NCBI GenBank assembly: GCA_963693365.1
Contig: CAVNZM010000001.1
Coordinates: 1,146,062 to 1,210,061, forward strand
Direction of reading: 5' to 3'
DNA: 64,000 nt
From: Amoebidium appalachense
Lineage: Eukaryota; Protista; Ichthyosporea
Shown here: positions 9,661-22,812 of the stretch, piece after piece
Layout: the number at the start of each line of letters is the position of its first letter
How positions within the stretch are numbered: position 1 is the first letter of the stretch
Notes under the pieces: model-generated
What the model was told of the DNA's origin: nothing
Database searches by the model: none
What the model saw: only the letters and a program-made list of their open reading frames with translations
Position numbers and translations under genes: made by a program

Positions 9661-12600
9661 ATGGATCCAAACAAAACTGGCGTAAACAAAATCACCATGT
9701 GGAAAGGTGAAGGGAAGACTGGTCCCGATAGCAAAACTACCTATTTTCAATGGGAAATCATTTTTCTCGGCATGATGACCGGCACTAAAGGTGTCCGACT
9801 CGTGGATGTTGTCCTTGCTGACAACTACGTCCCCCCTACCACCGTCGCGGTTGACGGTGAACCCCCCTTCTATGGCTACGGCACTACCGCGGAACTCAAA
9901 GAGGCCCGCAATTGCCTCCTGCTCCATATGATACAGAACATCGACCCTTCCGTCCTCACCACCGTTGCCCAGTACCGTATTGGCATGGACCCTGAACGGG
10001 CCATGTGGAAATTCCGTCAACACTATCTCCAAGGCAAACCCGATCAGATCCGCATCCTTCACCGTCAGTGGGATGCCTGTGCCCTTCAGCCCGGTGAATC
10101 ATTCACCACCTACCTGAGCCGTCTGCAGACCATCGTGAACCAGCTCCAGTCTCTCCAAGATGAGTCCATTCACTTCACTCGTCTAGCTGAGAAGTTCTTC
10201 AATGAACTCACCACCAGAGACGACCTCACCCCTGAGTTCAATCGTCTTATCGAAGACTATCACTTCGGTGATAAGCTATTCCCCGACTTCGAGTCCCTCC
10301 ATAACCACGTCAAGGGCATCGAGTTACGTCAAGACCTCAAGATGCAACTCCGGAACAACCGTGCCCACCGTGCCTCCAAGTCCAGCATGGCATTAAATGC
10401 CAGTGCTCCCCCCCGTGATCTTCCTCGCCGTGACTTACGCACCCGACTTGACCGTACCTCTGGCACGGACCTCCGAACTCGTCTCTCCCGTCAGCACACC
10501 CGATCCCGTTCCCCCCACCGGCCTGCCTTCCGGTCCACGTCTCGTTCCCCCAGTCGTTCCCGTTTCTCGGGTTCCCGTCGTTCTGATTCCCCGGCTCGTT
10601 CTAACACCCCGTCCGTGAAAGAATGCTCCTACTGCCACGAGCCTGATCACACGATCATCGATTGCCCTGAGCCGAAATGCCGTATGTCCAGACACAACCG
10701 TTCCCGTCAAGGCAGTGAGAAATCTGTCTCCTTTGCTTTCTCGGCATACAATGCTAGCTCCGTCCCCGTGTCCTCCGACCCTGCCTGGGATTCCGGGTGC
10801 AACATGACTGTTTGCCCCACCCGTGAGTTCTTCCATGACCTCAATCCCCTTCCGACACCGACTCCCGTTGCTGCCTTCAATGGCACCCCCGTCTTGGCCA
10901 CTCACACCGGCCATATCGTCATCAACACCACCACCGACCATGGCACTAACACCCTAACCATTGAAGCCTACTACACCCCGTCTGGCCAAGCCTTCCTCAT
11001 TTCAACATCCCAAGCTGCTGCCGAATACATCAAGGGTGATTTGAACGATGCCTCCACTCCGTCATTCCTCTTCGACCGACTCACCGGCCGTCATCTCGTC
11101 AACCTCCGTCTACACAACGGTCTGTATTACTTCAAGGACTACACCATTCAACCACCCACTCGTCCTGTGGCTCTGGCTGCCACTACCAGTGTTAACCCAT
11201 CCATCTGGCACCATCGTCTGGGGCACCGAGCTATGACCAGCATCAAGGACATGGTGAAACACGACCTTGTTATTGGTCTCCCCTCCTCTGTCCTCGCCTG
11301 TGATGTTCCTGATTGTCATGGCTGCATTATGGGTAAGACCACCAAGGCTCCGTTCAGGGGTGACCGTCCTCACTCCAACATCCCCGGTCATGAATGGCAT
11401 TGGGATTTTTTTGAGCCTACCACAACATCGTACGGAGGTTCCAAGGATACCCGTGCTTTTTGCCTCTCCCAGGGCATCAAGGCCAGCTATGCTCCGGTGG
11501 ACTGCCCTCAACTGAACGGCTATGTTGAACGACGTATGCGGTTCCTCCAAGAGATTGTCCGTTGCCTCCTCCATCAAGTCCAAGATCAGTCTCTGTCTCC
11601 CAAACTGTGGGCTGAGGCCCTCCAACATGCCGCCTACATCATCAACGTCACCCCGTCCACGACTGCCAATGGTCGTACACCATTCGAGGTTTTCTACGGT
11701 GTCAAGCCCGACATCTCCGAGCTCAAAGTGTTCGGTTGCCCTGCCTACACTCACGTGCCAGCCTCTAAACGGAACAAGCTGGCCCCCACCGTCAAACTCG
11801 GCATGTATATCGGCTATGATCTTCAATCACACTGCCACCGGATCTTCAATGCCACCACCCATCGTGTCGGCCTCTTCCGTGATGTGATTTTCGACGAATC
11901 AGCTTATCTCCCGTCCGACATTCCATCAACCCTTCCGACCCCCGACACCACTGCTACCTCGACCACCCCACCCCCCACAGTTGACACTGAAGATGATGTT
12001 TGTCTGGTGTACTCTGGCCCCCCTCCTGCCATCGTCGTTCCCCCGACACCCCCCCCCCCACCGGCCCCCCTGCCCCCGTGCCCGTCCAGCCTGCCGACCC
12101 TCATCCTGGCCCTGGCAACGTCACACCCATCCGACCCGGCTCCCCCGACAACTTCCACTCGGCCCCGTCCAGCCCGGAGGTTGCCCCCCCTGCACTTCCG
12201 AACTTCCAAGTTCCCCCCCCACCGTCTCCACCTACCCCGGTTCCTGCACCCCGTCGTTCTGCCCGTCTCCAGGGCAAGGTTGGACTTCAAGCCACCACCA
12301 CCCTGCCAGTCCCCCCCGGTCCCCCCATCAACATCGACCAACTACCCAAACTTGTCCGTCAACTCTGTTCCGGACCCAATGGTGATCAGGTCAAGTCAGC
12401 CCTGACTGCTGAGTATCAAGCCTTCGTCGACAAAGACATCTTTGAACTTGTTGACCCTCCCCCTGGTGCTAACATCGTCGGCTTCAAGTGGATTGTCTCC
12501 GAGAAAACTCTCAACTCGGCTGGTGACACCAAGATCAAGGCACGTGGTGTTGCTCAAGGCTTCAGTCAGCAATACGGTGTTGACTATGAGTTGATTGAGA

Positions 12601-13898
12601 GCCCTGTCATCCGTCCGGCTGCTCTCCGTGCCATCCTAGCTGTGGCCGTTGTTGAAGGTCATGACATACATCAACTCGACGTGTCTACGGCCTTTCTCAA
12701 CAGCCCACTCACCGAGACCATCTACATGAAACAACCCCCGGGATTCATCACCATGGCCACACTTGGCAAGGTCTGGAGACTCAAGAAAGCCCTGTACGGC
12801 CTCAAGCAAGCCTCCAAGGCTTGGTACGACTTCCTCGACGGCATTCTTCTTGCCCATGGCCTGACCCGTACTAAGACCGACCCGTGCATCTACCTCCGGT
12901 TCTTCCCCAACAACGATGTGGTACGGGCTGGTAACTACGTCGATGACTCCACCATCACCAACACCCGGGGTTCTACTGCTGCCAGTGACCTGGCTGCCCA
13001 CATCAGCAAGATGGCCAGCTGTCGTATGAGTCCATTTGACCGTATGCTCGGTGTTGATTTTAATCACTCTGATCCCCATCACCTCCACATGCACCAGAGG
13101 TCTTACATCATGGATATCATCCACGACTTCAACCTCACCGATGCCAAGTCCAAGTCTACCCCCATCCCTGCAGGCACCACCGTCTCCCTGGCTGATTGCC
13201 CCCCCCAACCGTTCACCGTGCCCTACCGTGAGTTACTCGGCCGTCTCCTCTGGGTGGCACGGTGCACACGTCCCGACATTGCCTATGCCATCGGCTTCCT
13301 TGGTCGGTTCAGCACCAACCCCGGCAAGACTCACTGGGACCTTCTCCGTCGTGTGGCCCGGTACCTGCTCGGCACCATTGCCCTTGGCATTGACTACAAG
13401 TACTCGGCCACCCAGTCCCCCATACTCGAATGCTACACGGATGCTGACTTTGCTGGTTGTGCCGACAGCAAGAAGTCTACCACCGGCTACATTATCGTGT
13501 TTGCTGGTATGCCCGTCATCTGGTACTCCAAGCTCCAGCCCATCACGGCCACCAGCACCACTGAAGCTGAGCTGATTGCTCTCAATGCTGGTACCCAAGA
13601 AGTTGCTTGGGTCCGTGACCTCTTCAAGGAACTCGGCTGTCCCATGCTTGCTCCGACTCCGGTGTACTGTGACAACCAGTCGACCATTGCCATCGTCAAC
13701 TCCACCGGCATCAAGCACCGTACCAAACACATTGCCGTCCGGTATCACAACACCAAGGACTACATTGCCAGTGGGGACGTGGTTGTCCACTACGTTGAGT
13801 CAGCCCACAACTTAGCTGACATACTCACCAAACCCCTCCCCGGCCCGAGTCATGTCCACCATCGTGCTCGACTTTGTTTACCGGATATTGTGGATTGA
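9661..13898 (+). CDS. gag-pol: Copia-1 gag-pol polyprotein (frameshift in a poly-C tract near 12050; in-frame deletion in integrase core)
   Basis: Zn knuckle CSYCHEPDHTIIDC, protease WDSGC, IN HHCC (WHHRLGH...CHGC), RT (KARGVAQGF, LDVSTAFLN, LKKALYGLKQA, YVDD), RNase H (DADFAG, TEAE, DNQS, KHI, ADILTK). Confidence 0.93.
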
Positions 13899-15637
13899 CC
13901 CGACCTACTTCAAGCGTGATTTTCTCATGTGTACTACTTACTTTATCAACATCATTATATCATATGTATTGCCTTTGTGGGTATGCCCACTTAGGGTTTA
14001 TATATAAGGTTTGACCTGTACCATCACTCTACTCTATCTTTCACTGGTTTAAAACCCAGTTAATCAAACACCGCCTATACACGTTATATATATTCGTTGT
14101 TTTTGCCCCGGTTCCTTCCCCCCTCCCCCCCCCCTTCCCCCCCCCTTCCCCCCCTTCCCCCCCCCTCCCCCCCCCTTCTCCCCCCTCCCCCCCCCCCCCT
14201 TCTCCCCCCCCCCCCCCCCCGGGAAAAGTACACACTTTAATTTTTTTTTTTTTTTTTCCGTTTCTGTTCTCAAGTGGGGAGATTTCACTAGTTCAGTGGG
14301 GATATGATAACACAAACTTCAAAGTCTTAAGTGGGGATGTTGTAATACGTAGTATTTACATATGGTAAGATCTTCTCAGTTTGTGTTATGTTTCAGTTCA
14401 TATGCTTAGTGTAAATGCCACACTCCTATTATGTAAAGTGTAGCATCGATCTCCGATATGCTTGTATACTTGTAATCGTGTTGTATCGGCTTTAATCGTG
14501 TATTGTAATATCGATTAGAATATTTATATGTGTGTACACGGATCCACCCACTCAGGGAGAGACGTGTACATGTTCGTGTGTACATAAATATCTCTGGTTA
14601 TAGTTATGCTATTACTATCTTGTTTGTTGATCTGTGCTCTCTTTTCCTTCCTCTTTCTCCTTCCTTATTTTCTTTTCTTTCTCTCCTTGTCTTCATGTGT
14701 ATAATCGTATTTCTTTTCTACTAATATATGTTAGGTAGATTTGTGTTACTTAATACGTGTTCATTGGACGGTAACACACTTAGGCTACACTTAGAATAGC
14801 ATGTGTGTTTAGACTTCATTAATTCACTTTAGTTTTCATGTGTTGCCGGGCTTTAACCAATCATCAAGGTTAAGTGTGATATGTCTGAGTCTTTGCAGTA
14901 TGTCATAGGTTAGAACTTCCTTGATGATGACACGAGTTGATCTTAACTAGTGTCTGTGTCCTATCGTGTACGCCTCCGCGTACCGGATCTCTCTGAAAGC
15001 AATTGGTTCTTAGTGATTGGTTTCTATTAGAGATGGATCTGATTTCCGACTGGTCGGAAATCATGTATGGATTGGACTTAGAGGAATTTCAGGTATTTAT
15101 TCGAAGATCAGAATAAATTCAGTTCAGTCGTGTCTAAACATTGATGTCTGTTGTGTACACTGCTCCGATCGTTCCGTGTTTTGTTGTTGTGTGTGTCTGT
15201 GGTGTTTTCACACTGCACCACTGTGTCTCTGCTTTCATCCCAAAATACTTATAGAAATTAACACGACCAGCCAGACTACGAGGGCGGGGCCCACCCGGCA
15301 GAGATAGCAAGGGTAAGTTTTTTGTGCAACTATCCGAACGTGTTGGGATGATCTGATCAGCACTATGATGTACTCGAGTGTGTGTTTTTGTGTTCATTAG
15401 ATGCTAATAACATGTCTTCATGGGTCATTGTTTCTAAACGATGCTCTTCAGGTGGTCTACTAGATGTTCCCACATACTTGTAATATGGGATTTATATGGA
15501 CATAAGGACAGTCTTGTGTATATCAGTCTTTGAGTTTCCGAGGTATGCGTGTTGGAATACGTGACCATGTATGACAGCAAGAGCCTTGAAGTATGTATGT
15601 GTCCTAGCTTGTTTGTATTCGTGTCTGCTTTCCTTCT

Positions 15638-15682
<45 letters not shown>

Positions 15683-16576
15683 TCTCTCTCTCCCCCCCCC
15701 CCCCCCCCCGTATCTCTCTCTCCCTTGTTTCTGTGAGCACAGATATCTGTAGATCTGTGCACACCTGACTCTCTTGCCTGATAAGAACTTATTGTGTTTT
15801 TATTTCTGTTTGCTCTCCTCTGTTTATCTGAGAGGTACTAGTAGCGTGATTGGCTTAGCCTAGCCTAGCCTCACTCGTTGTCTTTCCTTTATTTCAAAAT
15901 GGCCTAGTTTTGTTCTCAAAAGGATGGCTCGCCAATAGTCGCGAGCGAGTACATCTGTAGATTGTGTTGTGCATTCCTGTCTATTAATATATGTGTGTTG
16001 TGATTGGACAATAGATATATATGGAATTCGGTTTATTGCAAAGTGTCTTCACTTTGAGAGTGTCGACTATTAGGAAATATATGTATTTAAATAAGTTTCT
16101 TTATAGAGACGAACATAAATATATATGTGAGTTAATAGTGACTAGATGTATAATTACTTAATTTATTTAAGTAAGAGTTTCTAAACTTTAGTTTAATCGG
16201 AAGTTGGAATGCGTATGCTCTGTCGGAATGTGTTTTTCTATCTTCTGATAGAACCGATTGGTTCTCCCTCTTTAGTTGTGATAAAGTGATAAGTCGCAAG
16301 TACAAAAGGAACCGAGAGCACAATAAAGATTCAGTTGTTGTTTGAAATCTTTCAATGTCTCGTGAACAACTCCGATTGCCCTCTCATTAATGTGTTAGTC
16401 GTGTTTTACATGACACCTCTGTGCACTCTGCTCCCTTAGACCCGTACAAAAACAACAGGTTAAAGGCCCATTTTTCGCACGCTCTCGCAACACATACTCT
16501 CGCTGCAATCAAAAATATTCAAATTTGAATACCGATCTGATTCCTCTCTCACGCATCATCTGACTGATTGATCACC

Positions 16577-19500
16577 ATGTCGGAGAAACCTGCGTATCTC
16601 AACCTCACCCCCTGGAAAGGGGATGACACCACAGACAAGAAGTCCGGCAAACGTCTCACCTATTATGAGTGGGAACCCGTCATCTTCCGGTACCTACGTA
16701 CCACCACCGCGGCCAAGTTAGTGCCCGTCATCAAGGCCCCCGAGTGGGTCGACCCTTCCGACGAGAATGAGTGGCACGGCTATGACACAGAGGAGGCCTA
16801 CACCGAGGCTTCCAACTTCCTTGAACAGATGTTTACTCAACTCGTCTCCAATGACGAGCTGTATAACTCTGGTCAAATCCACGATGATGTGTCACCTGCC
16901 CAAGCTTTCCACAACCTCCGTATGACCTATGCGGCTGAACGTGAAGATCGTGCTCGTCAAATCCTCCTCGACTACCATGAGCTTGAACTCAAGGACTTCA
17001 AGACCGTCATGGCCTACCTCACCATGGCACGCCGTCTGTGCACTACCCTGCACATCCTCGAAGAGCCCATTCCTCACAAGACCATGGTTGATAACTTCTC
17101 CATCCACCTCAAGAAGAACCGTAAGTTAGTTTGTACCGACATCCAGGCCATGATTGCCGACTACTTCCGTCGTACCATTAACTACGAGACCTACAACCGT
17201 CTAATCAGTGACATCCGAGCTGCAGAGATCCGTGAAGGTCTCATCGACTCTGGGTCCGGGTCCTCCTCCACCGTCCGAACAGCACGTGCCCTGCAAAGCC
17301 GTGTCCTCACCAAGGACGACCTCAGACACCGGATCCCCCGACGTGACAGCTCCGTCTCCCGTCACCCCCGCGGTCGTCCCACCGATCGATCTCCCTCAGT
17401 TGAGACGTGACAGCTCCGTCTCCCGTCACCCCCGCGGTCGTCCCACCGATCGATCTCCCTCAGTTGACCGTGATTACTCACGGTCCCGTTCCCCCGGCTA
17501 TCGTTCCCGGTCACCCTACCCCCCACGTAAAGGGGGTAACCGTCATTCCCAGCCAACCCGAGCCAAGACCACTGGCTCCCTCGACTGTGCCTACTGTCAC
17601 GAAGACCATCATGTCACACATTGTGACAAACCTGGCTGCTCAATTGCCCGTCGTCACCGCGCCAGCACCAAGTCTGGAAAAGAGGTGCATTTTGCCCTCG
17701 TGTCCACCACGGCCTCCCTACCCATGGACCCCTGCTGGGACTCGGCTTCCAACGTGCACGTGTGCCCAGTAAAGGAGTACTTCTCTACTCTTGAGCCATG
17801 CCCCCCAACTGACGTCCACGGCCTCGGCATCGTCACTGCACATCACCGTGGTGTCATCAACCTGGCCGTCACCTACAACGGAGTAACATCAGTACTGAGC
17901 CTCAACACCCTCTACGTACCCGACTCCCCAGCCTTCCTGATTTCACCCTCAATGGCCTCCAAGTCGGGTCTCCTTGCCCACCTCGATGATGAGGATGCAT
18001 TCCCATCATACCTCTACACTCGTGGTGGCAACATCGTGTGTTCCCTCACAGGCACAGATGGACTGTACTTCATCACTGACTATGAGATACGTCCCTCCAT
18101 CCCTCGGACCGTCACTGCTCTAGTAGCCAACGTCAAGGTCAACAATGATCCTCAGCTCTGGCACCACCGTCTCGGCCATCGTGCCCTGTCCACCCTCACC
18201 AAGATGGTGAGAGGTGACCTCGTGACAGGCCTCCCCTCATCCCTCTCAGTGGCTGACACCACTGACTGCTTCGGTTGTGTCTCCGGCAAGACCACCAAGG
18301 CCCCATTCTCCGGCACCAGAACCCAGTGCCCCTTCCCCGGTGCCAAGTGGCACATGGACTTCTTCGAGCCTCCCTGTGCCTCCTATGGTGGCTACAAGGT
18401 GGCCCTCGTGTGTACCTGTGATGCCTCCGGCTACACCATCGTGTACCTCCTCCGTGATCGATCCGAAACTCTCGAATACGTCAAGGCCCTGGTTGAGACT
18501 ACTGACAAGCAACCCGACAAGGTGGTGACCCACTTCCGTTCAGACTCTGGGTCCGAGTTCACCTCCCACGCTATGGAGCAGTACTGCCAGTCCAAGGGCA
18601 TCATTCAGGAATTTGCCCCGGTTGACTGCCCCCAACTCAACGGCTTCGTTGAACGTAAGATGAGGGATCTGCAGGAGATCGTTCGGTGCTTCCTTCATCA
18701 GGACAAGGCCGACTCCCTTTCCCCCAAGCTGTGGGGAGCTGCTCTCAAGCATGCTGCCTACATCATCAACGTGACCCCGGCCTGTTAAATTGTATAAGTA
18801 TTTGGGATGTAAGCAGAGACACAGTGGTGCAGAGTGAAAACACCACAGACACACACAACAACAAAACACGGAGCGATCGGAGAAGTGTACACAACAGACA
18901 TCAATGTTTAGACACGACTGAACTCAATTTATTTTGATCGCTAATAAATACCTGAAATTCCCTTAAGTTAAATCCATACATGATTTCCGACCAGTCGGAA
19001 ATCAGATCTATGTCTAAAATAACCAATCACAATTAACTGATTATTTCCCGGATAGATCCGGAGGCACAGGAACGCACACCATAGGTCACAGCTATAAGAA
19101 AGAAAAGAGGTGAAGAGTAACGAGGAAAGAGGTGATGTTTCTAACCTATCATCGGCTACAAAGACTCAGACATTTTCTGACTAAGTCCACTGATTGGATA
19201 TAGTACGGCAACACACAAAACAAAAGTGTTTGACTAAGCTATGAATCATACCTGACAAGCTAAAGTGTAGCCTAAGTGTTTTTCTACCAATCAAAACATA
19301 ACGAGTAATATAAATCTACTCAACGTATATTAGTGAGAGAGAAATATAATTATGTGAAAGGAAACAAGAGAAGAAAGAAAGAGAAAAGAAAGAAGAAGAA
19401 AGAGGAAAAAGAAAAGAAAGCAGGACAGAAAACACGAACAGCAAAACACAGTTATAACCGAAGATATTCATGTACACATAACATGTACATGTTTCTCCCT

Positions 19501-22005
19501 TACTGGGTAGACTCGTGTACCTATAATCAGTTGCTGTAATCGATATCTAAACACACGAATATAGCCGACACAACACGATTACAAGTACTCAAATACACTG
19601 GAGATCGATCTCATAATTTACGTACAAGGAGCACATCTCTTTCACTAAGTGAATGAATGAAAACATAACACGAACTGAGAAGATCTTACAATATGTAAAT
19701 ACCACGTATTATAACACGGCCAGAGCTGCCAATGGCCGTACACCGTTTGAAATTTTCTACGGTGTCAAGCCTGACATCTCCCACCTGCACGTGTTCGGCT
19801 GCCCAGCCTATGTACACGTCCCTGCATCCAAACGAGACAAGTTGGCCTCTACCGTCAAACTCGGCACCTACGTGGGCTGGGATATCACCAACAAAGCCCA
19901 CAAGATCATGAATCTACGTGGCAACACGGTCAACCTCTACCGCGATGTCGTCTTCGACGAATCACAATTCACCACGGCATCCAATCAGATTTCTGTGCAG
20001 GCCACCAATCAGACGACCTCAATCGATTCATCCCTGCATTCCGGAAATTCCAATTCCGATGACGATGAAATTCCGTCGGTGATTATCCGTCGTTCCCCCC
20101 GTCGTGTACCTGCCCCCGTGGCTCCACCCACCCCCCCCCCCCCCACCGGTCAGCAACCCCTGCTGCCGGCCCCTGCCGTCAATGACCACGTACCTGGTCA
20201 TCTCACCCCGGTTCGTCCTGGGTCTCCGGAGTTCCACTCGGCCCCGTCCAGCCCCGTGTTATCCGACTCCCCCCTCAACACGGCACCCATCCCTGGCTTC
20301 CAGGCCCCCATCCCCGACCACCGAGTGTCTGTCCCAGACACCCCCCCCGGCCCCTGAGCCCCTCCGTACCGTCCCCCGTCGTTCCTCCCGTCTCTCCTCC
20401 CGGCCTGCCATGGCAATGGTGAGCATCTCCCGACCCAGCCTTGATGTGTCTCAGCTGCCCCGGTCAATTCAGAAGCTGTGCTCCGGCACCAAGGGTGATG
20501 AAGTGGTGACTGCCCTCACTGCCGAGTACAAGGCTTTCATCGACAAGGACATCTTCGACGTAGTTGAGCCCCCCTCCGATGCCAACATCATCCGATTCAA
20601 GTGGATTGTCACGGAGAAGGTCCTCAACTCTGCTGGTGACACCAAGATCAAGGGTCGTGGTGTGGCAAAGGGTTTCACCCAAGTCTACGGTGTTGACTAC
20701 GGTGAAAACTCTTCCCCCGTCGTCATGTCCTCCTCCGTCCGTGCCCTGCTTGCCCTCGGTGTGCAACAGGACCACGAGATCCATCAACTCGACATCAGCA
20801 CGGCCTTCCTCAACAGCCCCCTCGACGAGACTTTGTACATGGAGCAACCTCCTGGTTTTATCCTCCCCGGCAATGAACACAAAGTCTGGAAACTCAAGAA
20901 GGCCATCTACGGACTCAAGCAGGCATCCCTGGCATGGTACGAGTTCTTCAACTCCATTCTCATTGCCCATGGCCTCACCCGTCTCCGTTCCGATCCGTGT
21001 GTCTACTTCCGTCAGTTCCCCAACGGGCACATCATCCGTTCGGGCAACTACGTTGATGATGCCATCATCACCTGCACACGGCACTCCACCATCATGCAGG
21101 GGCTTGTTCGTCACATCACGAAGTCTGCCGAGTGCAAGGTCGGTCTGCCAGACATCTTCCTCGGCACCCAACTGCTGTACACCCGTGACTCCCTCAAGCT
21201 GCTGCAGTCCTCCTACATCAAGGACATCATCACCGACTTCAACCTGGTCGATGCCAAGCCTAAGGCAACCCCTATTCCCGTGGGCACCATCATCAACGAG
21301 ACCTCCCTCTCATCCCTGCCCACCACCGTCCCCTACCGTGAACTCCTCGGCCGTCTGCTGTGGGTTGCTCGGTGCTCCCGGCCTGACATCTCGTATGCCA
21401 TTAGCTACCTCGGCCGATTCAGCTCCAAGCCCACCAAGACTGCCTGGGAGCTTCTCCTCCGTGTCGTTCGTTACCTGCTCGGCACCATCAACCTCGGCCT
21501 CTACTACAAGAAGAAGGCCCCCAACAGCAAGGTGCCCATCCTTGAGTGCTACTCGGATTCTGACTTTGCTGGTTGCCCCACCACCCGTCGTTCCACGTCT
21601 GGGTACGTCATCCTCCTCGAAGGCTCCCCCGTCACCTACCACTCCAAGCTGCAGACGATCACTGCAACTTCCACCTGTGAGGCCGAGCTCCTGGCCCTCA
21701 ATGCTGCCGTGCAAGATGTTGTCTGGCACCGTGATCTACTAAAGGAGCTGGGCAACCCCATGACCGAGCCCACCCCAGTGTACTGTGACAATCAGTCCAC
21801 CATTGCTCTGGTCCACTCCAACACCATCAAGCACCGGACCAAGCACATTGCCGTTCGTTACTTCAACACCAAGGACTACATCAACAGTGGGGACGTCACT
21901 GTCACCTACGTCGACACCAAGAAGAACCTGGCCGACATCTTCACCAAGCCTCTGGCTGGTCCGGCCCACGACACACACCGTGCCAACCTCAGTCTCCGTG
22001 ACTGA
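16577..22005 (+). pseudogene. gag-pol: Copia-2 gag-pol, disrupted
   Basis: CAYCHEDHHVTHC knuckle, WDSAS protease, WHHRLGH, DSGSEF, YVDD, DSDFAG. Disrupted by a 64-bp tandem duplication (~17340-17467), a solo LTR in integrase (18783-19716) and a poly-C frameshift near 20345. Confidence 0.92.
18783..19716 (-). mobile_element. Solo LTR, Copia-1 type B, inside Copia-2 integrase
   Basis: TSD CGGCC at 18778-18782 and 19717-19721; the integrase frame resumes (NVTPA|RAANGRTPFE). Confidence 0.96.
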
Positions 22006-22283
22006 CCCGTGCACTGGTGTTCATCATCAAGTGGTTTCTGAGTAGGTTGGGGCCCTGGACAGCAGTTGACACACCTACGGTGATCAAGATGCCTCCCAAC
22101 GAAAGTCTACTACTCCTCCTCGTTTCTCTTCATCAGTGGGGACTCAGTCTTACATCGTCATATGTGTGCATCTTCAGTGGGCATTATTCTCCACCATCCG
22201 TCGTTTACTTATATTCATATCCCACCATATATATTGGTTTTCTTCTATATTCGACTTTATATATATGTCGAACTGGGATGGCG

Positions 22284-22631
22284 GCACGATGGGTGACGTG
22301 ACTCGGGCCAGGGAGGGGCTTGGTGAGGATGTCGGCCAAGTTGTGAGCTGACTCGACGTAATGGACAACAACATCCCCACTGGCAATGTAGTCTTTGGGG
22401 GGGGGGGGGGGAAGGGGGGAAGGGGGTGGGGAGAGGGGGGGGGGGAAGGGGGGGGGAAGGGGGGGGGGGGGGGGAGAGGGGAAAAAAAAAAAAAACCCTG
22501 AGTTCAACCTCCTCATCGAAGACTACCACCTCGGTGATAAGATGTTCCCCGACTTCGAGTCCCTGCACAACCACATCAAGGGCATCGAGTTACGTCAAGA
22601 CCTCAAGATGCAACTCCGGAACAACCGTGCC
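22284..22631. mobile_element. Scrambled Copia-1 fragments: inverted RNase H end, G-tract, forward gag piece
   Basis: 22284-22396 on the minus strand reads KDYIASGDVVVHYVESAHNLADILTKPLPGPSH; 22496-22631 on the plus strand reads PEFNLLIEDYHLGDKMFPDFESLHNH... Confidence 0.85.
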
Positions 22632-22723
22632 TGTTGGAATACGTCACCATGTATGACAGCAAGAGCCTTGAAGTATGTATGTGTCTTAGCTTGTTTGTAT
22701 TCGTGTCTGCTTTCCTTCTTTGT

Positions 22724-22812
<89 letters not shown>

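Larger units (their letters stand above)
5627..15263 (+). mobile_element. Ty1/copia LTR retrotransposon Copia-1, LTR-A copy, with a LINE nested in its 5' LTR
   Basis: 5' LTR 5627-9597 (interrupted 6379-9413), 3' LTR 14338-15263; TSD CGACC at 5622-5626 and 15264-15268; PBS GGTTATGCAGCCC 9598-9610; PPT AAGTGGGGA 14329-14337; domain order gag-PR-IN-RT-RH. Confidence 0.97.

Noticed and set aside
12040-12330. Programmed ribosomal frameshift between IN and RT
   Set aside because: Frame breaks fall in long poly-C runs at different places in each copy (~12050, ~20345, ~27100, ~30545; compensating shifts at ~36860 and ~37120). This fits homopolymer sequencing errors or slippage, and copia elements normally have one ORF.
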